Part shown: in pieces, positions 28,939 through 44,620 of the stretch
Numbering within the stretch: the stretch's first letter is position 1
Layout of the letters: each line of letters begins with the position of its first letter
DNA from: the human T2T-CHM13v2.0 reference genome, Homo sapiens
Assembly (NCBI RefSeq): GCF_009914755.1
Contig: NC_060942.1
Length of the DNA: 64,000 bases
Strand: one strand, 5' to 3'
Notes under the pieces: model-generated
Databases searched by the model: none
Seen by the model: the letters and a program-made list of their open reading frames with translations, nothing else
What the model was told of the DNA's origin: nothing
Position numbers and translations under genes: made by a program

Positions 28939-28957
28939 CCGCCAGCAGGGGGCGCTG
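28939..28957 (+). promoter_or_regulatory. CTCF binding motif
   Basis: ccgCCAGCAGGGGGCGCtg matches the CTCF core consensus CCASYAGRKGGCRS at all 14 positions. It lies in a CpG-retaining patch. Confidence 0.75.
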
Positions 28958-29552
28958 CTTCGCTTCTCCCCCCCACTGCTGTAATTCTGTCCCTGCTTTC
29001 TGTCTCATCCCGCCCTCCTAAGTTCATCAGGTCCCTCATGGCTCCCACATGCCACTCTGACTCTTCCAATCAGATATAACATACCAATGAGATACCGAAA
29101 ATATTCTTTTCAGACCATCAATCAAAGTTGCCATCCATGTTTCAACTTTGGGGATTCAGTTCTCTCCTACCTCTGGGGTAAAATTCCCAACGAATCCAAA
29201 GCATTCTTCCTAAAGGTGGCTTTGTCTTCTCCTCACTCTTTTGTCATCTTACCATTGTCTCCAACAGACTAATCAACAGTCTAAAATCCTGTCACTTCCC
29301 AGGAAGCACAGGCCAATTTGGCTCTCGCTTGCGGGACACTAGCCTTCCCACTCAAAGCTTACGGCACAGATGCCAAAGGCTGCCCAGTTCGGAACCATAC
29401 AAATAAGAAGCACAAGTGCTATTTCCAAAGGTCCAAAACACAATTTGCTCTCATAAAAAGTATAACCACTATTCAAAAAACAGTGAGGGGAGGTTTCAAA
29501 AAAACTATTCTTACTTTCTGAAGTAAAATAATTCATACACTTGGTCAATTAA

Positions 29553-29663
29553 AGCACCTGCAATCCCAGCTAATCAGGAAGCTGAGGTGGGAGGATTGCT
29601 TCAGCCAAGAGTTCAAGAGTTCAAGACCAGCCTGGGAAACTTACTGAGACCCTGTATTTTAAA

Positions 29664-29664
<1 letters not shown>
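29553..29664 (+). mobile_element. FLAM/AluJ monomer fragment
   Basis: cctgcaatcccagcta..ggaggattgcttcagccaagagttc..gagaccctgt, with an internal 8-bp duplication caagagtt. Confidence 0.8.

Positions 29665-29670
<6 letters not shown>

Positions 29671-29714
<44 letters not shown>
29671..29714 (+). repeat. (TG)22 microsatellite
   Basis: Perfect dinucleotide run, preceded by (TA)3 at the FLAM tail. Confidence 0.98.
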
Positions 29715-29717
<3 letters not shown>

Positions 29718-30679
29718 AATTCCAACATAAGAAGTGAAAAATAGAGTCCTGAATCCCATACAGCTATCGGGATGCTTCTCAGACCCCAGTACCATGGTCA
29801 TTTTGACAATATCCCCAATCAGTCTTTACACGGAAACAATGTTAGACACCAGCAGGAAGGGTGCAGCCAATGGAAGTTGGAATCAAAATAGGCCGGGGCT
29901 GCATCCGCTCCTCTACCTACTAGCTGTGCGACCTTGCACAAGTTTACCAGTCAAGTGTGAGAATTGGATCAGGTGGCCTCTCTGATCTCTTGGGACTCAA
30001 CAGACTCCAAGGCTCTTACCCCTTCCCCACATGGGAACCAACTAGCAGATGCTCCCCCTTTAAAACGTGCACTTTTCTCTGGTAAAATAGCATTCTCTTC
30101 TTCTCTAAAAGAAGCTCAGTCAATAAAAATACCTACTCCAGAGACTGAGATGGGACGGGTCACGTTAATCATTTCTCCCTGTGTATCAGATGGGAAAGCT
30201 TTTTATTAGGGATCATTTGCCGGTGATTTCCACAAGGAAAATAGGGCTTTATTTTACTACAAACTATAGGTAAAACTCGTGATGAGAATTTGGGCCATTG
30301 GCCATTTGAGACCCTGATACAGGTCAACCTTCCTGGAATTCACCAGCTCATTACCATTAGTACTAAAGCAATAAACACTCACACACCACAAGCTCACCCC
30401 AATTAGTATAACTGCCTAAGAATTCTTTATCTTGCTTGATTAGTTGCATGATGCTCAACGAGTCCATTGATCTCACTCTGCCTCAATTTCTCTGTCTCTA
30501 AAATAGGGTGCTTCCCTTTTTAAATCCTTCCATTTTACCCAACTTAGGGTAGGGTAAACTGATAATGTGAGTTTTCAGATCAATGGCTCCCTGCTTTCCT
30601 TCAGTTGAACTGGAATTATCCAACTGCTAGTAACTCAGTTAAACTGAAGTTTCATGAATACAAAGTTTTATACAATGAG

Positions 30680-30820
30680 CTATTTTTTTTTTAGTACTTG
30701 CTATGTGCCAAGCACTTTTCTAAAAGGTTTACATGTAGTAGGTCCTATAATTTAAACAACAACCCTGCAAGGCAGGGATTATTATCACCTCTATCTTACA
30801 AATGAGAAAAATGATGAACA
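30680..30820 (-). mobile_element. MIR
   Basis: tacttgctatgtgccaagcact..attattatcacctctatcttacaaatgagaaaa. Confidence 0.65.
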
Positions 30821-31279
30821 GTCACCACGCCTACTCCAAGCTGGAAGACTGGGGAGAATGATCATTAAAATTCAGCTGAAAATTATTTTTACTTCAGCTT
30901 GCTTCCAACGAGCAAAGAAATGGTGCAAAGGTTACATGGGCATAAGACCATTAAAATGGATATGGCCCCTGTTGACCCTCTAGGCCCTCACAGGGCTCTT
31001 GGAAACGTCCCAGGTCAGTGAAGCTGGACTACAGGGCAGGATCTGCTGTGTGCAAGTCATGCAGGCCCACGAGCTCCCTGCTTACAGCCAGAGTCTCCTT
31101 TCCACCATCTACCTGAAGTTCTTCCTATACCACCTTGCATGTGTCAATGTTCACGCCATCTTTATAGCCCAAGTCCACTGTAGGCATGACCATAGCTCAC
31201 CCGAGAGTAGTGTTTGCTTTCATCACAACACCTAAAACAAATGGGGCAGGGCCTGAGCTGGTTGTTTAGCTTGGTGGTG

Positions 31280-31816
<537 letters not shown>

Positions 31817-32869
31817 TGATGTTCTTCTCCAGTTCAAATACAAAAGCTTTTCTGTCCCTGTCATTCATTCATCCAGAAAAGGATATTTGTGTCTATTACA
31901 TGTCAGGCACTCTAGCAGGTATCAGAGATTAAAAAAATAGAAAGAAAGAAAAAGAAAAAAGACAGCACTATTGGTAAGAGTCTACTGAAGAATAATATCA
32001 AGTTAACGGACACATATATTATTAAACAATTTTCTTACCCTTCATCCCTCAAAAGCGATCATGCCACTAGCACCAGAGCAATACATCCTAATTATTCAAT
32101 TACATTCTTTCCTGGAATGGGTTTTTTTTTTCCTAAATCAGGTAAAGCAGAAAGGTGCATTGTACAATTTTTCAAAGACACTCATAAAATTTAATTTGAT
32201 TACTATGAGAAATATGAATATTCCTTAAAATAAGTTATGTGAAATGTGGCAGGATTGTAGTTCAATGTTTATGCTTCATTCCTACTTGGTTTCATATAAC
32301 CTACGCACTCTGGGCTCCAAAAAAGTTTTGTTGTTAAGACCAGTTTATTTTATAATCTGGTATTTAATCCAGGAAACTTCTCTCCCACCTGGGAAAGGTT
32401 CAGAAAGATTTTTCTAGTGAGATGCCTAAATCAAGAAACCCTGGACTGATTAGCTTAAACTAAAAACAATAGCAGCCCTCATAATCAGGTTAGAGGAAGG
32501 TAAGAAAAATTCAACCTCCTATATCAAGTAACAGATCCTGGCCTTGGTTAAAATCCAAATAAAGTAATGAGTAAAGAATCCTCTATTTCTCGGCTAGGGA
32601 GAAAAGGCAAGGCAGTGAGTCGCAGCAACACACACACCCAATACTGCTCTGCACTCTTTAGATCCTAATTAGAGAAAAAAAGTGGTTTCCACCATGGGGA
32701 CCCTGGTGCCGTTAGCCACTCTCCACAACATTCCTCCACAATGACCCAATTCCTCCTGCATCTGTGTGTTGCTGCTCTACCTAATGTATTTTTCTCTCTC
32801 CCTCATTTGGCTCTGTCATCTCTCTACGGCTCCTTTTTTTTTTTTCCTATCATTAAAAAATAAATTCAG

Positions 32870-33194
<325 letters not shown>

Positions 33195-33789
33195 TCAGTG
33201 CAATCCTCTCCTGCCCACTACACTTTGCTTATTTCTTATTTCCATCTCATGTGCTGAAACGTACTGAGCATGCATGCACACACGCTGAAACACACACAGA
33301 CACACTCATGCCCAGCTTCCAAAAGATTTTAATACAAATGCAGGTGGTGGCTTTCAAGTCATAGATTTTTGACCCTAGATATCAGGTAACTATTCACTGT
33401 GACAAAAAATAAAGGAGATTATTGTGCTAAAACAGAAACAACCTGTTCTATAAACTGATACAGTTTTGTCTGTTTACCTGATTAAGCAGTTTTTATTAAT
33501 ATTCTTCACCTTGATGACTCCTGAAAAAACTTGGGGGGCTAGCCTAATTTAACTAGAAAACTTTTGATAGCAGTGAAGCTCCAACGACTATAACTTGTTA
33601 CTAAAATTATCATTATAAGCTAAACAATAATAATAATCTACATCATGAAGCTTTTGATGTGAATAAAAATTATTACTATATCTAGGTTATTAAAATATTC
33701 CCTGCATATTTTAATGCACATTCAAATCTGTAAGATAAATGAAAATTGCAACCAAACAGACATGTGATATGATTTAAATTAAAACATAA

Positions 33790-34505
<716 letters not shown>

Positions 34506-35159
34506 AAATGGAAAAATGAGGCAAACAGGCCAAGAAAAGAAACGTAAAAAAAAAAATTAGTAAGACCACAGAGAAAGTGTGCTTTAAAGTATGCCACTGT
34601 ATCAAAGAGTAGGCACACCAAGTCCAAATATAAACCCAGGAAGGAAATTATTTGAGTCGGGCATATGTGCAGGTAGCTGCTTATCTCTGAGTTTCTCCAC
34701 CTTTGCACTGTTTCTCATTCGAGATTATTCTTTATATGAGGAAATTTTCCTGTGCCCCTTGAGTGACTTTCCTTCTGTTATCCACTGCCAATGATCAGAA
34801 AACCTCTGAGAAAACAGAGGTAGAAAACAACAGTAGAAAATGAAGAAAGCACAAGACTCCCTCATTTCATCACCTCCAGCAACTTCATAAGAAGTCCTGT
34901 AATTATAACATTGTAAGATTTGAGATGAAGCAGTCTAATCCCTTCTTTTTAAAATGAGACATTGAAGGTGAGAGATGCTAACCCCCAATTACCCCTCCAG
35001 AAACAGATCCCAATTCATGCCCAAGGAGTTCAGCTCAATATTCTCTCAAACAGGTCATATTGCAACATGAAGAAGAAAGAAAAAAGGAATTAATTTAATA
35101 GAAATGTGCTTATGGCTATTTATTAAAATGTCTATTAAGTATTGATAATCCTGGGTCTT

Positions 35160-35960
35160 GGCTCCAGCTCCCCATATGCCCGCCCCATTCGATCCTTAGC
35201 TGACCACACCCACCACCTGCCCAAATCCAAGACTCCAGGATGACAGCTCTCCAGAACAACAAACTTCTGTGCACAGTGAATATCTCCAGTACTACATGCT
35301 TGATATATTCAAAAATAACCTAATTGTCTTATCTGGACTCAAATCTATTCCTGATCCCCTTCCTGCAATGATGGCCCCACTAGCCACCCAGCCACCCAGC
35401 CAGAAGCCCTCCAGAGCTCTAGGCCCCTTTCGTCCCTCAGTCCCCTCCTTTACTTGCTTCTCCTGCCCTGTTCTTGCTCCACCTAAGCATCTGCCTCATC
35501 TAGTGCTTCCTTTCCGTCCCACACAACTGCCTTACCCCAGGCAGGCTCTCATCATTTCTCATTTGCAGGCTGTGGTAACTTTCCCATCATTTTTCTCTGA
35601 TCTCCACATTCCTTTCAGATGATTCTTTCTGAAACACAAAGCAAATGTTGTCGCTTCCTTAAAACCCTTCCATGTCTCTCCATCACTTTCAAAACAAAGT
35701 CTCACACCCTTACTTCCCATGCAAGGTCCTGAATGTGTGAATCCTGCATTCTTCTTCAGCCTCGTTTTGCACTGCTTCTCCTCCCTCGCCTATGGGTGTC
35801 AATTCTCAGCTTCTTAAAATTTGTTGCAAGATACCCTAACATGACCCTGCTCCTTGGTGCTTACTGGAGTCCATCTACCCCTCCTGCCCTGCCCCAGATC
35901 AACCGAGCTGAGTCCTCCCCACTCTTCAAGGCTCAAGTCACAAGTTGTCTTTATTCTGTG
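35160..35960 (+). mobile_element. L2 fragment
   Basis: Pyrimidine-rich L2 motifs (caggctctcatcatttctca, cttaaaacccttccat). Confidence 0.6.
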
Positions 35961-38289
35961 GGACCCACATAGGAGTTAGTCAGAGTGATGGGATGGCCCC
36001 AGTATCAGGATCTTATAATCAGGGAGGGCTTCCTAATCTACATCTCCATGAAAGCTGTGGTGAAATGGGTGGGAAAAGCAGGGCCAAATCTCCCTCCCAG
36101 AGCCAATCACTAACCCGTGAGGTTTAGCTAATTTGCATGTAGCCTCCTTGGGGACGAGTGAATGACAAGCCCCCAGGAACCACTGCAGAAAGAACCTTCT
36201 ACACTATAGCAGATTGGAGTCCTGAGATCCACAATGGTGGGCGTTGGTCTCACCACACCTGTGCAAGCTGTCTGTTCCCTCTTGAGCACTTGTGAAGGCT
36301 AGTGCATTGCAGAGGCTCTCTGGACCTGGCTCTGAGAGAAGGCTCATTCTAAATCCAATGGCCTGCACAGGCAGGCACAATAAATGTAAATAATCTGGAA
36401 AGGCTAAGCCGGTCGAAGCCAGCCAAGGGCATGCAGCTCTTACCCCACTAGCTTTGATATTTGGGGTTGCCCATCCCCTGCACCCTTCACCCTGAAGGAA
36501 TTCACTGTTCTCCCCCACCTCCTAACACCTCCCAGCACTTCTAGGAGCTCCTTAGAACAGGAGTTGCTTTACTTAGTGCCTCATGAATAATAACACTTAA
36601 TAAGTGTTGGCTGTGTGAATGAAAACATTATAAGAAGTGCCACTTCCAGATTCGGTGATTCCTCGCTGTTTTGAAACCAATAGCTAAATGTGTTTTCTTT
36701 TGTGCATAACGTTGAAACTGCTGTGACAAATACCAGCTCAGTTTGTTATATTTAATGCCTCCAGGTAATAATTTCCTCTCCTAATTTTTTTGTGCTTGTT
36801 CATCCTCTGAGTCATCATTCCTCCCTCATTTCTTAAAAATGTCTTTCTGATTCTGCTTCTAAAGGTTGTTTAAAATCGAAAGGCCGATTTAATGAAATAA
36901 CTTTATGTGAGACAAGGAGCTGTTTTGCTCATTTTTCAGGGGCTGGCACCACCACACAATACTCTCTTCAGACTTTCCATTTTCATTAAACAATTACATT
37001 TCAGTTGTTTGAGTCTCATCTAGTGTATGTGATCTTTTGCAAAATTTTAACAAATTCACCAAAATAATTGCAATTTCTTCCTCCTAATTGTAAGAGTTGA
37101 AACCTACAAGTTTACCAAAAGTGGTCTTCGAAAAATTATTAAGATTTTTCAGAATTTGCATTTTTCCCAAATACTCAGGTTTCTAAGGATTGAAAACAAG
37201 GAGATAGGAGAAAAGCATCATGCCATATTCATATATCACACATCCCCTTCTGCAATTTAGTTTCAAATCTACAAGAGAAATTATTGCAGTAGGTGGCATG
37301 AAGTTAATCTCTATTCATTCACATTTGCAAAAACACCACACATGATCAGACTGCTGAATGAACTTGCATTCACAAATTCAAACCAGGGATGATCCATCTT
37401 GAAGATGACATAGATACCAAAATCCAGGCAAGCAAAAGTAGAGAACAGCAAGGCATTGATCAAAGGAACCAGGTATTATGTTTTACTATATTTTAATTCA
37501 GTGACCACTAGGACTAGCGGTAGATGCTAAGCTACCTAGATAAATAGACAGGTAGGAAAATAGATGTTTTAAATAAAGGAACAAAAGGTTAAGTAAAACT
37601 GACAAGCATGGCAATAGAAAGTCATATTTATTCTGATTTTTAATTAAAACTATGACCAAAATAATAAATGTTCTCCTGTGAATTGGGGGGTCTAACATAC
37701 ATACAATTATAAATGAATATTAAAAGGCTTTGGGTTGGTATTTCCTAGTATCTTTCCTCTTACATCATGCTAGTCTAAAAAGTACTATAATAAACTTCAC
37801 CAATTTAGTGAAAGTTCTCCCCCTTGTTCCTTTTTATAACTTTGCAGTGACTATAAATAAAGGTGAGGAACAAAATCATTATTTTTGAGTAAAATGCTAA
37901 CCACATTAATTTGCAAGTCTGATTGGTATCTCTTTCAGAAAATCACAAGTAGTATAAATAGCATGCAATGTGAAATTGTCATAGTAAAAACTGCATACCC
38001 TTGCTTAATCTATATCTATCTCATTCAGAGATAAAGTTACTGTATTATGCTTTTACGATAATCACTAAAAATTATATTTTTGAATGGTTTTTGTGCAACA
38101 GACTTTCAAACCCCCTTATTTTCCCCAACATTATTACATTTGAATAAATAAATTAGGTATATAGGAAGGACTTTAAGGGAACCAAAATATAATCCAAATG
38201 TAGGCATGTACTGAGTTGATATAAACATTTATTTTCCCTAAGGTAAGAGGAAAAAGCATCTTCCAAACAAATGAAAGCAACTGTTACAC

Positions 38290-38725
38290 TCAAAGTCTTT
38301 TATTATCTGGACCCAGCCTCCTCTACTCTGACAATACCCAAGGCTCCAGCTCCAGTGGATTGGTCAACAGGGGTCTGAAAACCCTGCAGAGGGAGGTCTC
38401 AGCTCTTCTGCTCAGATTACATTGCCTCTCTTCCTTCCCCACAGGTAGTTTCCTGTTCATCCTACATGGCAAAGCTCAGAAATTGCCCCTAGAAAGATTT
38501 CCCTACCACATCACTCCCCCTCATTTGAATCAACCAATTCATTCCTCCTTCGCCTTTGCTCCAACAGCATCTGTTCATATCACTTTCATAACAAGCCTCA
38601 AATTGTTTTAGGCTTGGCTGTGTGCTCCCACCTCCTCTGCTAAGCTGACAGCTTCAGAGACCCACCTACCCATCTCTTATTTGTTGAAACATAGTAGGCA
38701 CTTACCGAATGTAAGTTGTGTTAAA
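38290..38725 (+). mobile_element. L2 3' fragment
   Basis: Ends acatagtaggcacttaccgaatg. Confidence 0.5.
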
Positions 38726-40132
38726 GGAGAGTCTCATTCAGAGAGGGCTGTAATTTTGATCACTCTTTAATGCATTTTAGAAGATGCAAAACTTCACTCC
38801 TATTCAGTGTAAGCACATGCACAGCAGCAGCATGGCTTCCTTTTCTGTTAGAAACATGTCCTACCACGTGATCTTGGCACTTAGTCAACAATGGGACTGA
38901 GGACTTCCAGAAGTCAGCGCAGCAAATGCCCACTCTGTCAGGGCACCAGCCTCAGCCCTGTTCTTAGTACTCCATAACCAAAGAACAAACAGGTCAGATA
39001 GGCCCCCAGGGGCTCCCCGGAAGATGCTAGATACTTACTGCCTTTCTGGAGCAATCTATCACCGCTCCTTGCCTAGCTCCTCTGTATTTCTGAATTATTT
39101 TCTCCTTCTCCTCCCTCTCCAATTACATTAGTTTCCGTGGATCCAGTGCTAATATAGACTTCAAATTTATAGCGTCAGCAACACCACGTAGAAATGCTGG
39201 CTAAAATGTAACCAAATAAGATTAATAGGTAAACTTGGAAAAAAGCAAAGGAAATCTACAGGTGCCAGAAATAAAAGAGGAACTCAAAAACAGAGCAATA
39301 AGCTTGTTTCCTGATACACAAGCAATAACCTGGTCCCCTGGAAATATTAGTCCTAAAATAAGTCCCTGACTCCTGGGAGGAAATACATGGATGCATGGCC
39401 ACAGGGTCTCGAAAGGCAGGAAAGTGACACCAAGACTCACACATTTCGCCAGGACCCTATAATGGGTGACCTCTCCGTGAACAGGGGTCTAGAAACTCTC
39501 TTACCAATTTTTCTCCAGGGAAACATGAGAAATTACTTCTGTGAGGGCTTTGGGGAAAAGTAATTCCATTTTCAGAAGCAAAACTCCAAATCTGCAATTT
39601 ATGTGAGTGTTGGGGAACATTTAGCAATCTGGGTGGTATAAGATTCCCAAGTTGGGAGATTAAGGTAAATACTGCTATATGTTTAATGAGAACTCCCTAA
39701 AATTTTAGCAGAAGCAAAACCAAGAATACTTTGAAGAAGTTCCATAATCCAAGATGCACTAAACTCCCACACTTAAGCAAACAACACTCAAGAGGCATTT
39801 GCAATTTTTAAAAATAAATGAAACAGAAAAATGAGCAATCAAGAGTGTATCAACAGACAACAAAACAGAGAGAAGTAGCATTAGCATCCTCTGATACAAC
39901 AGAGCAATCAGAAAGAATGTTTAACATGTTTAGAAAAGTAACAACACTATAAAAATTGATTAAACAATAACGTAAAACATAGATTGATACTAAAAGACAG
40001 AAAGTCTTTTAAAAATAAAAAAGCATACTTCGAAGTAATCTACAGATCAAAGAAAAAAATCATAATGTAAACTGGAATATACTCAGAATTAAAAGAGAAT
40101 AAAAACACTATCTTTTAAAGTTGTGAAGCACA

Positions 40133-40508
<376 letters not shown>

Positions 40509-41559
40509 TTAATTCACAAAGACAGATAATAACCATAAAATAAGCCCTAAAAAGTTGGAAGAAAATTGGCAGAATTTAATGAAACAGAAAACAGAAAAAG
40601 ACATAAAATTTTAAAGTGTTTTTTAAATAAAAGACTAAGAAAAATAGAAAAATCTCTGGATATCGCCTAATATAAAAGAAAAGAAGACATAAATAAATAA
40701 TGTTAGCAAAAAAAATTGATACAGACAAAAATAGAAGGAAAATGTCATTAGACATTATAAGGAACACCTTTCTGTTAATAAATATGAAAAGTTAGAGATA
40801 TAGAAAATTTTTCAAAAAATATAAAGGTAGCAAAATTATCTCATGAAAAAACAGAACATGAAAAAACTTAAAATCAAATTTTTTCAAAAGAATTGAAAAC
40901 TTTTCTATAATTTAAAAAGAATTTAAATTTTACCTGCAAGAAAATCACTGACCAAGGCAGTTTTACAGATGAGATAATATGAATAATCGAGGAAAAAAAA
41001 TAACCCCACTGCTATACACAAACTGTTCTGGGAAATAGAAAGTGAAATGCGCTCACAAGTCATTTCATGAAATGGACTTCAACAAAAGAATCAGATGAGC
41101 CAATCATAAAAAGGAAAGTATAGGCCATTCCTCCCTTTTGAATATAAATACAAAAATTTTAAATACAATATTTGCAAATCAAACCAAGCAATATATTTTT
41201 AAAGTAATGTTATATTAAGAGACAGTTCATAGTAACCACTTAGAGTTTATCCCAGAAAAGAAAGGATAGATTAAAATTAGAAAAATTTATTAATATAATC
41301 ATATTAGTAGATAAAATAATACAGAAAAAAATTTGATTCAGAAAAAGCATTTGATAAAATTCCACAAGCATTCATGATAAAATTCAGATAACTAGGAAAA
41401 GAAAGAAAACATATGATGAAAAAAGATTTCTACAAAAAACTTACAGCAAACAGCAAACTTTATAGTGAAAACTGGAAGCATTTTCTCCCAAATTTGAGAA
41501 AAAGACCACACCCTCTATCACTTTTTTAATTAAAAATGCTACTGGAAACACAGCACTAT

Positions 41560-42040
41560 GTACATTTATGATTAAATTTGGCTGTGTGTTACAGAAAACA
41601 TTACCAATAGTGCCTTAAACAAGGTGGAAGTTAGTTTTCTTGCCTAAAAGAAATTCTGATGTCAGTGCTGACCTAAAATTTTAGCTCCATAAATATATCA
41701 GGGCCCAAGTTCTTCCTTTCTGTTCCACCATTCTCAACATTTGCTTGCATTCTCAGGGGAATTTCATGATCCCAAAATGGGGGCTGGAGCTCCAAACATC
41801 ACATCCATTGATCCAAGATTCAGAAAGGAAGACAGAAAAAAAGGCAAAAGGATGCACTTATCATTGGAGTTATCTTTCCCCTTAAAGAACTTTCTTGAAA
41901 GTCCAACCCACCTACTTCTATATACATCTCAGTTGTCATCCCTATATGAGAGGCTGCAAAATGTAGTTTTTTTAGCTGGGCACATCGTGTTTCTATTTTT
42001 AAGAAAGAAGAATGCATTGTGTAGATGCCAGTCTCTGTTA
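41560..42040 (-). mobile_element. Old MLT1 LTR inside L1ME
   Basis: Reverse MLT1 motifs (gtgccttaaacaagg; gctggagctccaaacatcacatcc; aaatgtagttttttagctgggcacat). Confidence 0.6.
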
Positions 42041-43904
42041 GCTCAATACACAAGAAAAAGAGAATCAAAATATAGTGGATAAAAAGAAATATATTTGTTA
42101 TTGTAAAAGTCATGGTTTTCTACATAGGAAACTCAAAAGAATCTATAGATAAACTCATAACTAATAAAAGATGTCAACAAGGTTGATGAAAACAACATTA
42201 ATACAGAAAAATCAACAGAGTTCCTATAGACCAGACACTTTAATTTAAGAAATGTAGTCGTGTAACAATATTATACACATACACACACATAATAATAGGG
42301 AAGAAATCTAATAAAAATATACAAAGAATTATAAAATGTTAAAGATACACGAGACCTAAGTGATGAAATGAACTGTTCCTAGATAGAAAAACTCAATATA
42401 GTAACTATATCATCCTTCCCCAATTAATCTCTAAATATCACCAAAATCCAATCAAAATTCCAAAAGCATTGTTTAAATAACTTTACAAGATGATAATGAA
42501 ATATATGTGGAAGAATAAACTGTCCAGCACAGGCAAGACAATTATTAAAAAGGAAAATAAGATAGACCGATCTGCTCTAGCAAATACCAGCATGTTGTAA
42601 GGCTGTAGTGATTGTGATAGTGTTGTAATAGAACAACAACAACCAAATAGACAAATTAAAGATAAGGGTTCAGAACCAAACCATCTCTCACATTTGAAAA
42701 GTTGTCATAAATTGAAGACAACATTACAAATCAGTGTGGTCACAATGGACTATTTAATAAGAAGTGGTGCCAGGATGATGGTTAGCTACACAGGAATAAA
42801 TTAACTTAGCTTTCTACATCACACAGCATGCAAAAACAATTGTTTTAGAAGAAAGTAGTAAATGTATTTATGACCTCAGGTAAGCAAAATATATCTTCAA
42901 TAAGAAACAAAAAAACCTTGTAAAGAAAATTTTAATAAATTTTGCTACATTAAAAGTTAAAACATCTATTCATTAAAGGAACTCTTAAAATACAGAGACA
43001 ATCTACATACCAGAAGAAAATATTTGCCATGCATAAAACTGACAAAGAATTAGTATCTCAACTATATCATAAATGCTTAAAAAACCAGTAGGAAAAGGAA
43101 AAATGACCTAACAGAATAATAGGCAAAGAAACAGGCAATTCACATCAAAGTGGAGCCTAAAAGCTAATTAACAGGGAAAAGTACATAAAAACCCATACGA
43201 GATGTCCTTTCATATTTAGCCACTTAGCCAATATTTAAAAGTCTAATTTCAAGAGTTGACAAGAATGTAGGGAAATAGTAATTCATGTATTCTGCTATTG
43301 GGAGTATAAACTGGAAAATAATTTAGTAAAATCTAGTAGAGTTAAGATATGGATATTTTCAAACTAGTAATGCTACTTCTAGGTACATTTAGAGAAACTC
43401 AAATATGTGTAGAGAAGACTCATAAGAATATTAAATGCAACATTTTACAAGAGCAAAAAGTCTAAAATAACTTTGAAGTGTATCCTACTGGGAGAATGAA
43501 TGGATAAATGGTTGTATTTTGATAAACGGATCAATGGGATTATATATGAGCATTTGAAAGTGAAGTAGCTCTACATACAGCATCATGAATAAATCTTAAA
43601 GGTAAAGGTTGACTAAACAAAGTAAATTGTAAAATGACATGTAGAACAACAATTGTTATGTATAAGCTTAAAATACACATAACAATATTATACAACACTT
43701 ATGAAAGCTTACACATGTAACAAAAACATAAAACTCATAAACCTCAGAATAGTGATTACTTCCAGGAAGAAAGACAGAGAAATCAAACACTTTATCTCAA
43801 AAAAATAACTGAAAATATCTAAGCAAATGAGACAAAATCATGCAAGATCTCATATGAATACAAAGATATCTGTTATTTTATATCATTCTCTGTAGTTTTT
43901 GTAT

Positions 43905-44620
43905 GTTTTATGTAATTATTTTAAAAGGAAAATTACTAAAAAGGAAAAACACTTGCTCATCGTAAAATTTCAAAGCACATGAAACAATGATTAAGAAGAA
44001 AATGATCAATCTTAATGTTTTATTATATTTCCTTACAATTTTTTTTTTTTTTTGAAACCTTGTTCTGTCATCCAGGTGGATTTCGGTGATGTGATCTTGG
44101 CTCACTGCAACGTCCACCGCCCAGGTTCAAGTGCTTCTCCTGCCTCAGCCTCCGGAGTAGCTAGGACTACATCACACCCGGCCCATTTTTTCATTTTTAG
44201 TAGAGATGGGGTTTCACCATGTTGCCCAGCTGATCTCAAACTCCTGATCTCAAGTGATCCACCCTCCCTAGCCTCCCAAGGTCCTTGGGATTACAGGCGT
44301 GAGCCACCGTGCCCTTACAGGCAGCTTCTATGCATATTTTATATTGTTAAGAATATACTTTATTATCACTTTTCTATTGTCTTTTGTTTACTTTACATCA
44401 TAGCATAAGCATAAGCATTCCTCATGTTGTCCTAATGATGGCATGATAGCCCATTAAGTGGTCGCACCATCATTTATTCAGCCAGTCTATTTTGGGGCAT
44501 TCAGCTTTTTCTAACTTTTCTTGATTGTGAAAATTGATGTAAGGAATGTCTTTGAACTGAGCTTTTCTGTATCTTTAATGATGCTTCTGAAACTCATTCT
44601 AAGTAGTCCAGCAATTACCA
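43905..44620 (-). mobile_element. L1ME-like 3' fragment containing an Alu
   Basis: Reverse L1ME 3' motifs (catcatttattcagccagtctattttggggcattcagc). Confidence 0.5.
44039..44315 (-). mobile_element. Diverged AluS/J
   Basis: PolyT and both arms, with small deletions. Confidence 0.88.
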
